The translations under genes were made by a program, and so were the position numbers. From positions 16,894-80,893 of IMG/VR virus record IMGVR_UViG_3300020438_000019: DNA of 64,000 nucleotides; one strand, given 5' to 3'. The notes under the pieces were generated by a model. It saw nothing but the letters and a program-made list of their open reading frames with translations, made no database searches and was not told the DNA's origin. This DNA is from a virus. Lineage: Duplodnaviria > Caudoviricetes. Below are positions 45,848 through 55,958 of this stretch, in pieces (within the stretch, counting starts at the first letter, position 1; each line of letters begins with the position of its first letter).

Positions 45848-47008
45848 ATGTCAGATATGTTAAACGAAAAGTTTGCGGAATTCGTTAGTGAGAATGAAAA
45901 AGTTCTTTCTGAGGCTGGACAAGATCCAATGCCTAGTGTTTCTGCGGCTGTTCTTCCATCAAACCCACCAGCACCTGGTGCGGTAACAGGTGAACCCAAG
46001 AGGGATTCCCACAAAGATCCACAACCTAGTGTTGGGACAGATGCTGCTACTGCAGGTCAGTCAATAACCGACAATGGTGGACCAAGACCTGATGGAAATG
46101 ATGCAGGTGAAGATAATCCAGGTGCTAAGGCTGCTGCCCCCGTTGGAGCCAAAGGAGCACAATCAGATGGTACAGCACAAACCGCAAGTATAAATGATGC
46201 TGGTGATCAAGGAACAACACCTACTGTAGGTGCTGATGTTGCTTATGGTACTACTACTGGACCTGACGTACAATATCCTATTAAGCCTTCATTCGAGGAA
46301 GTTGACGTAGCTGACGATGTTAAAGCTCTCCTTGAAGGTACAGAACTCTCTGAAGAGTTTGCTGAGAAAGCCAAGACAATCTTCGAGGCTGCTATCAAGT
46401 CAAAACTTACAGAAGAGCATACAAAGCTTGTAGAACACTTTGCTAAAGAATCTGCTGAGAAAATTGAGTCTGCTAAGGCAGAACTTGCAGAGGAAGTTAA
46501 TGGCACAGTTAACTACGCCATCGGTAGATGGGTTGAAGAGAACCAAATCGCCCTAGACCGTGGTATAAAGAATGAGATTACAGAAGACTTTATTTCAGGT
46601 CTGAAGAATCTCTTTGAAGAGCACTACATTTCTATCCCCGATGAGAAAGTCGATGTGGTAGAAGGTATGGCTGAACAAATTCGTAAAATGGAAGAACGCC
46701 TTGACGAACAGGTCAAGTCTAATGTGAAACTTCAAACTCGTCTAGATGAGAACACAAAGAAAGTTATTCTGAACACTGTGTCAGAAGGATTGGTGGATAC
46801 TCAGAAAGACAAACTAGCTGCACTTGCAGAAGGTATTGAGTTTACTTCAGAGGAAGAGTATTCCAAGAAGATCAGTACTCTCAAGGAAAGTTATTTCAAA
46901 GGAGATGCTCCTAAGATAACATCCGCAGCAGATGAAACACCTGTCGAAGAAGTTGCAACTACACCAGCTATGAACGCTTATGTAGACGCTCTTAGTCGTT
47001 GGGAATAA
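45848..47008 (+). CDS. gp22: prohead scaffold protein gp22
   Basis: ELSEEFAEKAKTIFEAA, LKESYF; ATG at 45848 with GGGGA RBS. Confidence 0.95.
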   Translation: MSDMLNEKFAEFVSENEKVLSEAGQDPMPSVSAAVLPSNPPAPGAVTGEPKRDSHKDPQPSVGTDAATAGQSITDNGGPRPDGNDAGEDNPGAKAAAPVGAKGAQSDGTAQTASINDAGDQGTTPTVGADVAYGTTTGPDVQYPIKPSFEEVDVADDVKALLEGTELSEEFAEKAKTIFEAAIKSKLTEEHTKLVEHFAKESAEKIESAKAELAEEVNGTVNYAIGRWVEENQIALDRGIKNEITEDFISGLKNLFEEHYISIPDEKVDVVEGMAEQIRKMEERLDEQVKSNVKLQTRLDENTKKVILNTVSEGLVDTQKDKLAALAEGIEFTSEEEYSKKISTLKESYFKGDAPKITSAADETPVEEVATTPAMNAYVDALSRWE

Positions 47009-47045
47009 TTATAAAAACACATCTAACTTTTAGAGGATTAATCGC

Positions 47046-48452
47046 ATGTTTAATGCAAAAGCTCTAACAGAAAAGTGGGATCCTGTTCTTAGTCACGAAG
47101 GTAGTTCTACCATCAAAGACAATTATAAGAAAGCAGTTACTGCAGTTCTATTAGAAAACCAAGAAAGATTCCTTCGTGAAGAGAAAGGAATGCTTCAAGA
47201 AGTCGCCGTGAACGCTCTCGGTGCAAGTACTGTATCCCCTGCTGGATCAGCACTCGGTAACGCCAATACAGCTGGACTAGCTGGTTTCGACCCAGTTCTC
47301 ATCAGCTTGATTAGACGTTCAATGCCTAACCTAGTTGCTTATGATATCTGTGGTGTCCAGCCTATGTCTGGTCCTACTGGATTGATCTTTGCAATGAGAT
47401 CTCGTTACGAGAATCAAGGTGGAGAGGAAGCTCTATTCAACGAAGCAGATACAGGATTCACTGCTGCTGGCGATGCATCTGCTGGTGCATACACACCTAG
47501 AACAGGTGCTGGTGTTGGTGGAGACTCAGAAGGTAACAACCCTTCACTGCTTAACGATAGTTCTCCTGGAACTTATGAAGTAGCTTCTGGAATGAGCAGA
47601 GAATCACTCGAAACAATGGGTGAGTCTGGAAATCTGTTCCGTGAGATGTCATTCAGCATTGAGAAGACTTCTGTGACTGCTAAGTCCAGAGCCCTCAAGG
47701 CAGAGTACACCTTAGAACTAGCTCAAGACTTGAAAGCTATTCATGGATTAGATGCCGAGCAAGAACTTGCTAACATCCTATCTTCTGAAGTGCTTGCTGA
47801 AATCAACCGTGAGGTTGTTCGTAGAGTCTATAGCGTTGCTAAGAAAGGTGCTGCTAATAACGTAGCAACTGCTGGTGTATTCGATCTAGACGTTGATTCA
47901 AACGGTAGATGGTCAGTTGAGAAATTCAAAGGACTCCTATTCCAAATCGAGAGAGATTGTAACGCAATCGCACAAGAGACTCGTAGAGGAAAGGGTAACT
48001 TCTTGATGTGTTCTGCTGACGTTGCTAGTGCTCTAGCAATGGCTGGTGTACTTGACTATAGTTCTGGTTTAACTGGTGCTGGTGGTCCTTCCATCGGTGA
48101 AGTTGATGATACTGGAAATCTTCTAGTTGGTACAATCAACGGACGCATTAAGGTCTACGTTGACCCATATGCTGCTAATCTATCTGATAAGCACTACTAT
48201 GTTGTTGGTTATAAGGGAACTTCTCCTTATGACGCTGGACTGTTCTACTGCCCATATGTACCTCTACAAATGGTTCGTAGTATTGATCCAAACAACTTCC
48301 AACCCAAGATTGGATTCAAGACACGTTATGGTATGGTTTCAAACCCATTCGTTACTACTAACGGTGCATACAACGGTACTCCTGATGGAGAGACCCTCAC
48401 CGCTAATGCTAACATGTACTACAGACGTGTACAAGTTACTAACCTCATGTAA
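47046..48452 (+). CDS. gp23: major capsid protein gp23
   Basis: GVQPMSGPTGLIFAMRS, SRALKAEYTLELAQDLKAIHGLDAE, FQPKIGFKTRYG. Confidence 0.99.
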   Translation: MFNAKALTEKWDPVLSHEGSSTIKDNYKKAVTAVLLENQERFLREEKGMLQEVAVNALGASTVSPAGSALGNANTAGLAGFDPVLISLIRRSMPNLVAYDICGVQPMSGPTGLIFAMRSRYENQGGEEALFNEADTGFTAAGDASAGAYTPRTGAGVGGDSEGNNPSLLNDSSPGTYEVASGMSRESLETMGESGNLFREMSFSIEKTSVTAKSRALKAEYTLELAQDLKAIHGLDAEQELANILSSEVLAEINREVVRRVYSVAKKGAANNVATAGVFDLDVDSNGRWSVEKFKGLLFQIERDCNAIAQETRRGKGNFLMCSADVASALAMAGVLDYSSGLTGAGGPSIGEVDDTGNLLVGTINGRIKVYVDPYAANLSDKHYYVVGYKGTSPYDAGLFYCPYVPLQMVRSIDPNNFQPKIGFKTRYGMVSNPFVTTNGAYNGTPDGETLTANANMYYRRVQVTNLM

Positions 48453-48474
48453 ATCGAGGTTACGATACTCATAC

Positions 48475-48499
48475 AAAGCACCCGAAAGGGTGCTTTTTT
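48475..48499 (+). terminator. intrinsic terminator after gp23
   Basis: AAAGCACCC-GAAA-GGGTGCTTTTTT. Confidence 0.92.
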
Positions 48500-48535
48500 A
48501 TTGGCTATATAATTGAATACATGTTATAATATATT

Positions 48536-48673
48536 ATGCAGAAAAGTTTTATGCAATACCTTATATGGTCTTCTATAGTATACCAACTAGAGAAGGCAGG
48601 TGATACACATTCACTATATTACAACAATGCATATGCAACTATGAAAGCACACGAACCACTGCCTTCTACATAA
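48536..48673 (+). CDS. small hypothetical protein (45 aa)
   Basis: Hand-translated MQKSFMQYLIWSSIVYQLEK...; TAATG coupling to next ORF; TGnTATAAT upstream. Confidence 0.5.
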   Translation: MQKSFMQYLIWSSIVYQLEKAGDTHSLYYNNAYATMKAHEPLPST

Positions 48674-48837
48674 TGAACGGAAGACTATCCAAAGTCGATA
48701 TGACGGCTAGGTTATTGAAACTTAAACACGATATAGATACAAAGATGTATCAGCCTAAATGGACATCAATAGAAAGGTGGTCAGCACAACAGGCTCTAAA
48801 TAGTGCATTAGACATACTAGACGAATATCATTACTAA
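48673..48837 (+). CDS. small cyanophage hypothetical protein (54 aa)
   Basis: Hand-translated MNGRLSKVDMTARLLKLK...ALDILDEYHY; coupled at both ends. Confidence 0.65.
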   Translation: MNGRLSKVDMTARLLKLKHDIDTKMYQPKWTSIERWSAQQALNSALDILDEYHY

Positions 48838-49022
48838 TGTTAGAGAAGATACTACTCTTCGCTTCACCTATAGTATCTGCTGCTACCATTGCCTCAGTTA
48901 TTGCTGTTAATAGTTGGAAGAAGAAAAAACCACCAAAGATTAACATCACATGGGATGACGATGATGATGATGACTATACTGGTGGACCTGGAGAAGGACC
49001 ATATTGGTGGTATACTAAATAA
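48837..49022 (+). CDS. small membrane-anchored protein with basic and poly-Asp tracts (61 aa)
   Basis: Hydrophobic N-terminus, KKKKPPK, DDDDDDD. Confidence 0.6.
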   Translation: MLEKILLFASPIVSAATIASVIAVNSWKKKKPPKINITWDDDDDDDYTGGPGEGPYWWYTK

Positions 49023-49038
49023 AGTATAGCTTGGGAAG

Positions 49039-49563
49039 TTGACCGTGGCCTCTGATTGGTATAAAGAGCAACTAACAAATAGAAACTATCTTTCACCTCT
49101 TGGTTTCCAATTAGAATTGGAACTTTTTAAAGGGGTGGATTTCTTTTGTCAGGCAGCGAATATACCAGATATTCAAATGCCTGTTACAGAAGTACCTTCA
49201 AGGTTCCGTGATCTACCTATCATACCTGGTGGTGGAGTTACCTTTGGTGATTTTCAGGTGAGGTTCATCATAGATGAGTCTCTAGTTAACTACAACTCAA
49301 TCCATAAATGGATTCGTGGTAATGGTAATGCTGGTTCTAGTGAAGCAGTTCCAGATAATCCAGAGTACAGTAGAGGTCAGTTGTTAGTTACCACTTCAAA
49401 TTTCAACACAAACTTTATTGTTAATTTTACAGGACTATTTCCAGTCGCTCTTACAGGAGTGGACTTTGATGCATCATTAGACCAACAGGAATATTTGACT
49501 GCAGATGTTACTTTTAAGTATCATTTCTATACTATAACTGATCGATCATTAAATGAACTTTGA
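49039..49563 (+). CDS. gp3: tail completion / tube terminator gp3
   Basis: NRNYLSPLGF...VDFFCQAANIP...RFIIDESLVNY; synteny gp23-gp3-uvsY; ACTAAATA at 49014. Confidence 0.88.
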   Translation: MTVASDWYKEQLTNRNYLSPLGFQLELELFKGVDFFCQAANIPDIQMPVTEVPSRFRDLPIIPGGGVTFGDFQVRFIIDESLVNYNSIHKWIRGNGNAGSSEAVPDNPEYSRGQLLVTTSNFNTNFIVNFTGLFPVALTGVDFDASLDQQEYLTADVTFKYHFYTITDRSLNEL

Positions 49564-50029
49564 AACTCTTCGTAATCGCTTTGATACAATTAGATCTGAA
49601 TGGGAAGTTGATAGTGAAGTAGACTTCCAATTTAAAGATAAAGCATATAGTACTGACTTGGGGAAGTTAGCATTAGAAATCCCCTTTCAGCATAATAAAT
49701 ATTTAAACCATTACATTGACTTACAACAGATCAAAACATCTTTAGAATTTGAGGTTCGTAAATTAGTCAAGGATAAAAAAGAATACTACGGTGGCGAAGC
49801 AGATGCTAAAACATATGCTGAGAAACCTTTTGGTACTCATATAAAAACTCAAGATAAGATGAAGACTTATATTGAGGCAGACACTGATGTTATCAATGTC
49901 GAAGCAAAGGTAAAGTATGTTGACCAGATGCTTTATTTTCTTGACTCTGTTATGAGACAGGTATCTAATAGAGGTTTCCAGATCAAGTCAGCAATTGAAT
50001 GGGAAAAATTTATCAATGGTACTGACTAA
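49553..50029 (+). CDS. uvsY: recombination mediator UvsY
   Basis: IPFQHNKYL...EYYGG...RGFQIKSAIEWEKF. Confidence 0.9.
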   Translation: MNFETLRNRFDTIRSEWEVDSEVDFQFKDKAYSTDLGKLALEIPFQHNKYLNHYIDLQQIKTSLEFEVRKLVKDKKEYYGGEADAKTYAEKPFGTHIKTQDKMKTYIEADTDVINVEAKVKYVDQMLYFLDSVMRQVSNRGFQIKSAIEWEKFINGTD

Positions 50030-51483
50030 TGACTGATATAGTTGTTAAGAAAAAGAACGAGGTATACATTAAGGTTGAGGGTGATGCACACGTTCACCAT
50101 GAGTTAGCAGATTATTTTTCATTTGAAGTACCTGAAGCAAAATTCCTAAAAAGAAATCCCAAGTACAAGTACTGGGATGGAATGATACGTCTGTATTCAC
50201 CTGCAACAGGTGAGTTGTATGGTGGTTTGTATGACCATCTAAGTCTATGGGCTAGTGAACACAACTATAATATCTTTCAAGATTTTAATGATAGGTATGG
50301 TTCTGTAAAAGAAGTTAATACTTTTGTTTCTCCACCTGCTGTTAAGGTATTCATGGATAAGATATCCAAGGTCATGCCTAGACCATACCAATACAAAGCA
50401 GTCTATGATGCAATAAGAAACAATAGAAAGTTATTTCTTTCTCCTACGGGATCTGGGAAGTCTCTTATGATCTACTCCATAGTCAGATACTATGCTGCCA
50501 CCTCCAAGAAGATACTTATAATCGTCCCAACTACTTCCCTTGTTGAGCAGATGGTCAGCGACTTCGTTGACTACGGATGGGATGCTGAGTCTCATATTCA
50601 TAAAATATATGGTGGTAAGGATAAAAATACAGATAAAGATATCATCATATCTACATGGCAGTCAATCTACAAGTTTCCTAAGAGGTACTTTGATGACTTT
50701 GATTGTGTGATTGGAGACGAAGCACATTTGTTTAAGAGTAAATCCCTTACAGGGATCATGACCAAGTTACACAACGCTAAGTATAGATTTGGGTTCACTG
50801 GTACTTTAAACGGTACACAGACCCATAAGTGGGTCTTAGAAGGTCTTTTTGGTGCATGTGAGCAGGTGACTAAGACAGATGAACTGATTAAGTCTGGTTA
50901 TCTTTCCAAGTTTAGGATAAAAGTCCTTCTTTGTAAACACAACCCACAGCATTTCGACACATATCAAGATGAGATGGAGTATCTTGTTAGTCACAAGGGT
51001 AGGAATAACCTCATCAAGAATCTAGTTAAAGATATAGATGGTAACACCCTTGTCTTATTTAATTATATCGAAAAACATGGCGAACCGTTGTATGAATTGA
51101 TAAATAATTCTATAGATCCTAATAGGAAACTATTCTTTGTGCATGGTGGTACTGATGTACAGGACAGAGAAGAAGTTAGACAACTTACAGAGGAGCAGGA
51201 AAATGCGGTTATCATTGCGAGCTATGGTACTTTTAGTACTGGGATTAACATTAAGCGGTTGCACAACATTATTTTCGCCTCCCCCTCCAAGTCCAGGATT
51301 AGGAATCTCCAGTCCATCGGCAGGGTCTTAAGGAAAGGAGAAGGTAAAGAGATAGCAACACTATATGATATTGGTGATGATATAGGTGGACAGAACTACA
51401 CCCTTAAGCATCTGAATGAGAGAGTAAACATTTATTTGGAAGAAAACTTTAAACATGAAACTATAAAGGTAAATCTACGATGA
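50029..51483 (+). CDS. uvsW: RNA-DNA/DNA helicase UvsW
   Basis: SPTGSGKS, DEAH, STGINI, QSIGRVLR. Confidence 0.97.
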   Translation: MTDIVVKKKNEVYIKVEGDAHVHHELADYFSFEVPEAKFLKRNPKYKYWDGMIRLYSPATGELYGGLYDHLSLWASEHNYNIFQDFNDRYGSVKEVNTFVSPPAVKVFMDKISKVMPRPYQYKAVYDAIRNNRKLFLSPTGSGKSLMIYSIVRYYAATSKKILIIVPTTSLVEQMVSDFVDYGWDAESHIHKIYGGKDKNTDKDIIISTWQSIYKFPKRYFDDFDCVIGDEAHLFKSKSLTGIMTKLHNAKYRFGFTGTLNGTQTHKWVLEGLFGACEQVTKTDELIKSGYLSKFRIKVLLCKHNPQHFDTYQDEMEYLVSHKGRNNLIKNLVKDIDGNTLVLFNYIEKHGEPLYELINNSIDPNRKLFFVHGGTDVQDREEVRQLTEEQENAVIIASYGTFSTGINIKRLHNIIFASPSKSRIRNLQSIGRVLRKGEGKEIATLYDIGDDIGGQNYTLKHLNERVNIYLEENFKHETIKVNLR

Positions 51484-51899
51484 TGGAAGAAGAATTTTTC
51501 GCCACGATTAAACTATCTTCAGGAGAAGAGATCATATCTAGGGTAGCTTATGTACCTGATGATGAGATGGTCATCATTCATGATCCTTTAAAGGTAGAAC
51601 ATATTACTCATCAAAAGAAAAAAGTAACAGTAGAAGGATTCCATCTTACTGAATGGATGCATTCTACTTTTGATGATATGTTTTTTATACCTAAAACTCA
51701 GATACTTACTATGACTGAGTGTGATAAAAAGGTTGTAGCATTTTATATAAAATGTTTATCAGATAATAAAAAAGCAAAAGACTTAGCAAGATTCCAGAAC
51801 CAAACCAAGAATGGTAATCCACAAAAAGTACTACCTGGTTACATAGGATCAGTTAAACAATCTAGAATTATGTTGGAGAAGATATTCAAAACCAGTTAA
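51480..51899 (+). CDS. conserved Sm-like-fold protein downstream of uvsW
   Basis: FFATIKLSSGEEII...GYIGSV...LEKIF; synteny. Confidence 0.7.
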   Translation: MMEEEFFATIKLSSGEEIISRVAYVPDDEMVIIHDPLKVEHITHQKKKVTVEGFHLTEWMHSTFDDMFFIPKTQILTMTECDKKVVAFYIKCLSDNKKAKDLARFQNQTKNGNPQKVLPGYIGSVKQSRIMLEKIFKTS

Positions 51900-51935
51900 T
51901 AGATACTTTATGAGTTTCAACCTCGTACAATGTTG

Positions 51936-51965
51936 ATTGTACTGGTAATGGTGGGGGTAAGTCAA
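51936..51965 (-). promoter_or_regulatory. putative antisense sigma70-type promoter
   Basis: Minus strand TTGACT-N18-TACAAT with no credible downstream minus-strand ORF. Confidence 0.45.
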
Positions 51966-51998
51966 GGGGTCGGACGGTTTTGTTACGAAACTTAAACA

Positions 51999-52027
51999 TT
52001 GCCTTTTGGAACACATTATGCTATACT
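51999..52027 (+). promoter_or_regulatory. sigma70-type promoter for gp55
   Basis: TTGCCT-N17-TATACT with TGn extended -10. Confidence 0.65.
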
Positions 52028-52048
52028 TCTTATAGGCAAAGGAATAAT

Positions 52049-52537
52049 ATGGCCAAAAGAGCAAAGACCGAGTACTATGTAAACAACAAAGAACTCCTAG
52101 AAGCGATGACTATCTATCGTGAGAGAGTCATCTATTCACGTGAGCATGAGAAGGACAAACCACGAGTACCCAATTACATAGGAGAGTGCTTTCTAAAGAT
52201 TGCTACCCACCTATCATACAAGCCTAACTTCGTCAACTACCCTTTCAGGGAAGACATGATCTGTGATGGTATAGAGAACTGTCTACAATATATTGATAAC
52301 TTTGATCCTGAGAAATCTAAGAATCCTTTTGCATACTTTACTCAGATTATATACTATGCATTCCTGAGACGCATACAGAAGGAGAAGAAGCAATTGGAAA
52401 TCAAACAAAAAATCCTAGACCATTCTGATTCTGCTACAGTAATGCATGTAGATGATACTGGTGTTATAGGTCTTAACGCATCTAAATCTGATATGAATAG
52501 TATTAAAGAAAACATCGAGATTAAAATGAACCGCTAA
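52049..52537 (+). CDS. gp55: late-transcription sigma factor gp55
   Basis: YYVNNKELL, YIGECFLKIA, NPFAYFTQIIYYAFLRRIQKEKKQ; AGGA RBS. Confidence 0.97.
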   Translation: MAKRAKTEYYVNNKELLEAMTIYRERVIYSREHEKDKPRVPNYIGECFLKIATHLSYKPNFVNYPFREDMICDGIENCLQYIDNFDPEKSKNPFAYFTQIIYYAFLRRIQKEKKQLEIKQKILDHSDSATVMHVDDTGVIGLNASKSDMNSIKENIEIKMNR

Positions 52538-52701
52538 TGGATGAAGATCATTTGCCTCCACATCTGAATGATTTATGGGAAGACATGGATCGTTTGAATG
52601 CAATGTATGAAGAACTCATGTGGGATCACGAAGTTGCATTAGAATTTATAGCAGACTATAAAAACAATCGTATTATTATAAAACCATATGGAACTCCTTG
52701 A
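52537..52701 (+). CDS. small hypothetical protein (54 aa)
   Basis: Hand-translated MDEDHLPPHLNDLWEDMDRLNAMYEELMW...; TAATG coupling with gp55. Confidence 0.65.
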   Translation: MDEDHLPPHLNDLWEDMDRLNAMYEELMWDHEVALEFIADYKNNRIIIKPYGTP

Positions 52702-52760
52702 AGTACAACTAGCAGTAGTACAAAAGATGAGACAATTATATCCAGATACCAGAGCAGTAT

Positions 52761-52940
52761 ATGAAATTAACACAAGACGTTATAGACAAGATTCAAGAAG
52801 CCATGCTTCATACCAAAATGAATGGTGATATGAACTGGGTAGATGGTGATGAGATTGATGTGTGTCTTGCTGGAGCATTTGCTGGTGATAAATTTATTTC
52901 AATTATAAACAGAACACGTAGCAATACTACTAAAAAATGA
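52761..52940 (+). CDS. small hypothetical protein (59 aa)
   Basis: Hand-translated MKLTQDVIDKIQEAMLHTK...DEIDVCLAGAFAGDKFI; ATGA overlap with gp47. Confidence 0.65.
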   Translation: MKLTQDVIDKIQEAMLHTKMNGDMNWVDGDEIDVCLAGAFAGDKFISIINRTRSNTTKK

Positions 52941-53977
52941 AGCTTGCTATCATCACAGACCAGCACCTAGATGGTCGCAAGGGTTCATTACCATTCTGGA
53001 ATTTTTTCCAACGATTTTATGATGAGATATTTTTCCCTACTCTTGAACGAGAGGGCATCACTACAGTCCTTGATCTGGGTGATACATTTGATAACAGAAA
53101 GTCTTTGGATTTTAATACTTTTGCAAGGATTAAGACTAACTATTTCGACAGACTTAGAGCATATGATGTACACATGATTCTAGGGAATCATACGACATAC
53201 TATAAGAATAGTAGTCATATCAATTCCCCTGAGTTGTTGTTAGAACAGTACGAGAATATTAAGATCTATAGTGAACCACATGAGCTTTCATTTGATAGCA
53301 AGAACTTTCTATTGTTACCTTGGATTAATACTGCTAATGTAGATAGATCCGAATGGTTTATAAACAATAGTAATGCTGATATATGTGCTGGACATCTAGA
53401 GATAGATGGGTTTGAGGTTACGCCTGGTATGCATTTTGATGGTGGACGTACTATAAAAGAGTTTAATAGATTTGATCGTGTATGGTCAGGTCACTTCCAT
53501 CATAGATCTAAGAGGAATAATGTCCAGTACTTAGGTAATCCATATCAGATGTTCTGGAATGATTACAAGGATCAGAGAGGATTTCATATCTATGATACAG
53601 AGACTGATAGGTTGAGGTTCATTAAGAATCCATTTGAAATCTTCAGTAAGATATACTATAATGATATCGAGAATGATTATAGTAAGTTTGATACTGAGAT
53701 GTATTCTGATCAGTTTATAAAATTGATCGTAGAAGAGAAAACCAATTACTCACAGTTTGATTCTGTTTTAGATAAGCTATACCAGACAGGAGTTCATGAT
53801 GTTAAGATCGTAGAAACCCTTGTAGACACTGACTTGGATGAAGATGTTGAGATCAATGTTAAGGATACTCTAACTCTTCTCAATGAATATATTGATGAAG
53901 CAGAGATAGCAGTAGACAAAACCGATCTAAAAAAATTGATGCAATCTCTATACATAGAGTCATGCGAGGTCGTATGA
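52937..53977 (+). CDS. gp47: recombination endonuclease subunit gp47 (Mre11/SbcD-like)
   Basis: TDQH, LGDTFD, GNH, SGHFH metallophosphoesterase motifs. Confidence 0.95.
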   Translation: MKLAIITDQHLDGRKGSLPFWNFFQRFYDEIFFPTLEREGITTVLDLGDTFDNRKSLDFNTFARIKTNYFDRLRAYDVHMILGNHTTYYKNSSHINSPELLLEQYENIKIYSEPHELSFDSKNFLLLPWINTANVDRSEWFINNSNADICAGHLEIDGFEVTPGMHFDGGRTIKEFNRFDRVWSGHFHHRSKRNNVQYLGNPYQMFWNDYKDQRGFHIYDTETDRLRFIKNPFEIFSKIYYNDIENDYSKFDTEMYSDQFIKLIVEEKTNYSQFDSVLDKLYQTGVHDVKIVETLVDTDLDEDVEINVKDTLTLLNEYIDEAEIAVDKTDLKKLMQSLYIESCEVV

Positions 53978-54246
53978 ACATGTTTATCCTCACCCTAGCT
54001 GGTCAACCACAACAAGTCTTCTCTGTAACTGGAGATGATATGGAACAGGTTGTGCCTATGTTTGAGGCAGAGGAAGATGCTGAGAGATATGTTTTTCTTG
54101 TTGATGAGATAAATGATCCAATGACTCCTGAGCTTGATGTTGAGGAAGTTGACGGAGATGCTATAATGAAAGCTTGTGACCATCAAGAAACAAATTATGT
54201 CGTCTTTTCTAAAAATGATTTGATTATTCCACCACGTATTATATGA
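53974..54246 (+). CDS. conserved hypothetical protein between gp47 and gp46
   Basis: MFEAEEDAERY...DLIIPP; coupled to both neighbours. Confidence 0.7.
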   Translation: MNMFILTLAGQPQQVFSVTGDDMEQVVPMFEAEEDAERYVFLVDEINDPMTPELDVEEVDGDAIMKACDHQETNYVVFSKNDLIIPPRII

Positions 54247-55958
54247 TTATATTTGAGAAGGTTCGTTGGAAGAATTTCCTTAGTACTGGAAATACCTATT
54301 CTGAAATTGATTTAACTAGAGCTAAAACTAATCTTATCGTTGGACATAACGGTGCAGGTAAGTCAACCATCTTAGATGCGTTGACCTTTGCTTTGTTTGG
54401 AAGAGGGTTTCGTAAGATTAGTAAATCTGCATTGGTTAATAGTATCAATGAGAAGGATTGTATTGCTGAAGTAGAGTTTCATATTGGTAACAATAAGTAT
54501 ACAGTTGTACGTGGTATTAAACCTAACAAGTTTATCATCTACATGAATGGTCAACCTTTAGATCAGGATCATACAGTAGCAATACAACAGAAGAATCTAG
54601 AACAGAACATACTACGAATGTCGTACAAGTCATTCACACAGGTTGTGATACTTGGATCATCTACGTTTGTTCCTTTCATGCGATTACCTGGTGCACAACG
54701 TAGAGAGATCATTGAGGATATCTTAGACATCCAGATCTTCTCTGTTATGAATGATGTTTTACGTGTTAAGGTTAGAGAGAATAAAGAAGAACTGCTGAGC
54801 TTAGAAGGTCAATTTGAAATACAGAGACAGAGGATTGAACTTCAAAAGAATTATATGTATGAGATAGAGAAGAAGACACAGAGTGAGATTGATAGAAAGA
54901 AAGAAAAGATAGAAGAACTTAATGTAGATGAGAAAGTTTCTCTGGATGCAATAGAGGTTCAGAATACAGAAGCTGCTAGATTGCAATTAGAACTACAGGA
55001 ACTAGCAGATGTATCTAAGAAGTTAAAGAAACTTTATTCATTTAGAACAAAGGTATCACAGAAGATTAAAAGTTGTCATAAGGAGCATAAGTTCTTTCAA
55101 GATAATCATGTATGTCCTACTTGTACACAGGATCTATCTGAAGAATTTAGAGCAGTAAAGATAGAAGAAGGTAACACTGAGATAGGTGAGCTTGAAGGTG
55201 GGTTTAAAGAATTAGAAACTGCTATCATAGATGAGGAGAATAGAGAAACTAAATTCACTGAACTCAGTGGTAAGGTTATTGATATCAATTCAAAGATTAG
55301 TCAATTCAATTTTCAAATTAATACCGTAAGAAATACTATTAAAGATATTGAGAATGAGATAGATGATCTTACTAAGGACTCTGCAAATAAGAAAGCAGAG
55401 TTTGAGAAACTTAAGAGTCTTATAGAAACTGGTAATACTACTAAACAATCCATTGCTTCTACTAAGAAGGATAAAGATACATTACATGTTGCTGGACAGT
55501 TATTAAAGGACAGTGGTATCAAGACTAGAATCATTAAGACATACCTTCCTACAATGAATAAACTGATCAATCAGTATCTACAAGGTATGGACTTCTATGT
55601 TAACTTTACTTTAGATGAGAACTTTGAGGAGACTATTAAGTCTAGATATAGAGATGTGTTTTCATACGAGTCATTCAGTGAAGGAGAAAAGGCACGTATT
55701 GATATAGCACTTCTGCTTACTTGGCGTAGCGTTGCTAAGCTTAAGAATAGCGTAGACACTAATCTTCTTATACTCGATGAAATCTTTGACGGCTCGCTTG
55801 ATCAATCTGGTTCTTCTGACCTTGGCTGGATCCTACGTAATTTCGATGATAGCACAAATGTATTCGTGATATCTCATAAAGAGTCTATGACTGATAAGTT
55901 CCAAAGAACTCTTACTGTAGAGAAACCTAAGAACTATAGCATGATCAATGAATATTAA
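54243..55958 (+). CDS. gp46: recombination endonuclease ATPase subunit gp46 (Rad50/SbcC-like)
   Basis: GHNGAGKST, CPTC zinc hook, FSEGEK, LILDEIFD. Confidence 0.97.
   Translation: MIIFEKVRWKNFLSTGNTYSEIDLTRAKTNLIVGHNGAGKSTILDALTFALFGRGFRKISKSALVNSINEKDCIAEVEFHIGNNKYTVVRGIKPNKFIIYMNGQPLDQDHTVAIQQKNLEQNILRMSYKSFTQVVILGSSTFVPFMRLPGAQRREIIEDILDIQIFSVMNDVLRVKVRENKEELLSLEGQFEIQRQRIELQKNYMYEIEKKTQSEIDRKKEKIEELNVDEKVSLDAIEVQNTEAARLQLELQELADVSKKLKKLYSFRTKVSQKIKSCHKEHKFFQDNHVCPTCTQDLSEEFRAVKIEEGNTEIGELEGGFKELETAIIDEENRETKFTELSGKVIDINSKISQFNFQINTVRNTIKDIENEIDDLTKDSANKKAEFEKLKSLIETGNTTKQSIASTKKDKDTLHVAGQLLKDSGIKTRIIKTYLPTMNKLINQYLQGMDFYVNFTLDENFEETIKSRYRDVFSYESFSEGEKARIDIALLLTWRSVAKLKNSVDTNLLILDEIFDGSLDQSGSSDLGWILRNFDDSTNVFVISHKESMTDKFQRTLTVEKPKNYSMINEY

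Noticed and set aside
48127-48516. 129-aa +1-frame ORF over the end of gp23
   Set aside because: Typical shadow of highly expressed codon usage; runs through the terminator and has no RBS.
30979-52048. Upstream TTG/GTG starts in the ORF track (30979, 36813, 37482, 45749, 51980)
   Set aside because: They overlap promoters or upstream genes; downstream ATGs match family N-termini better.
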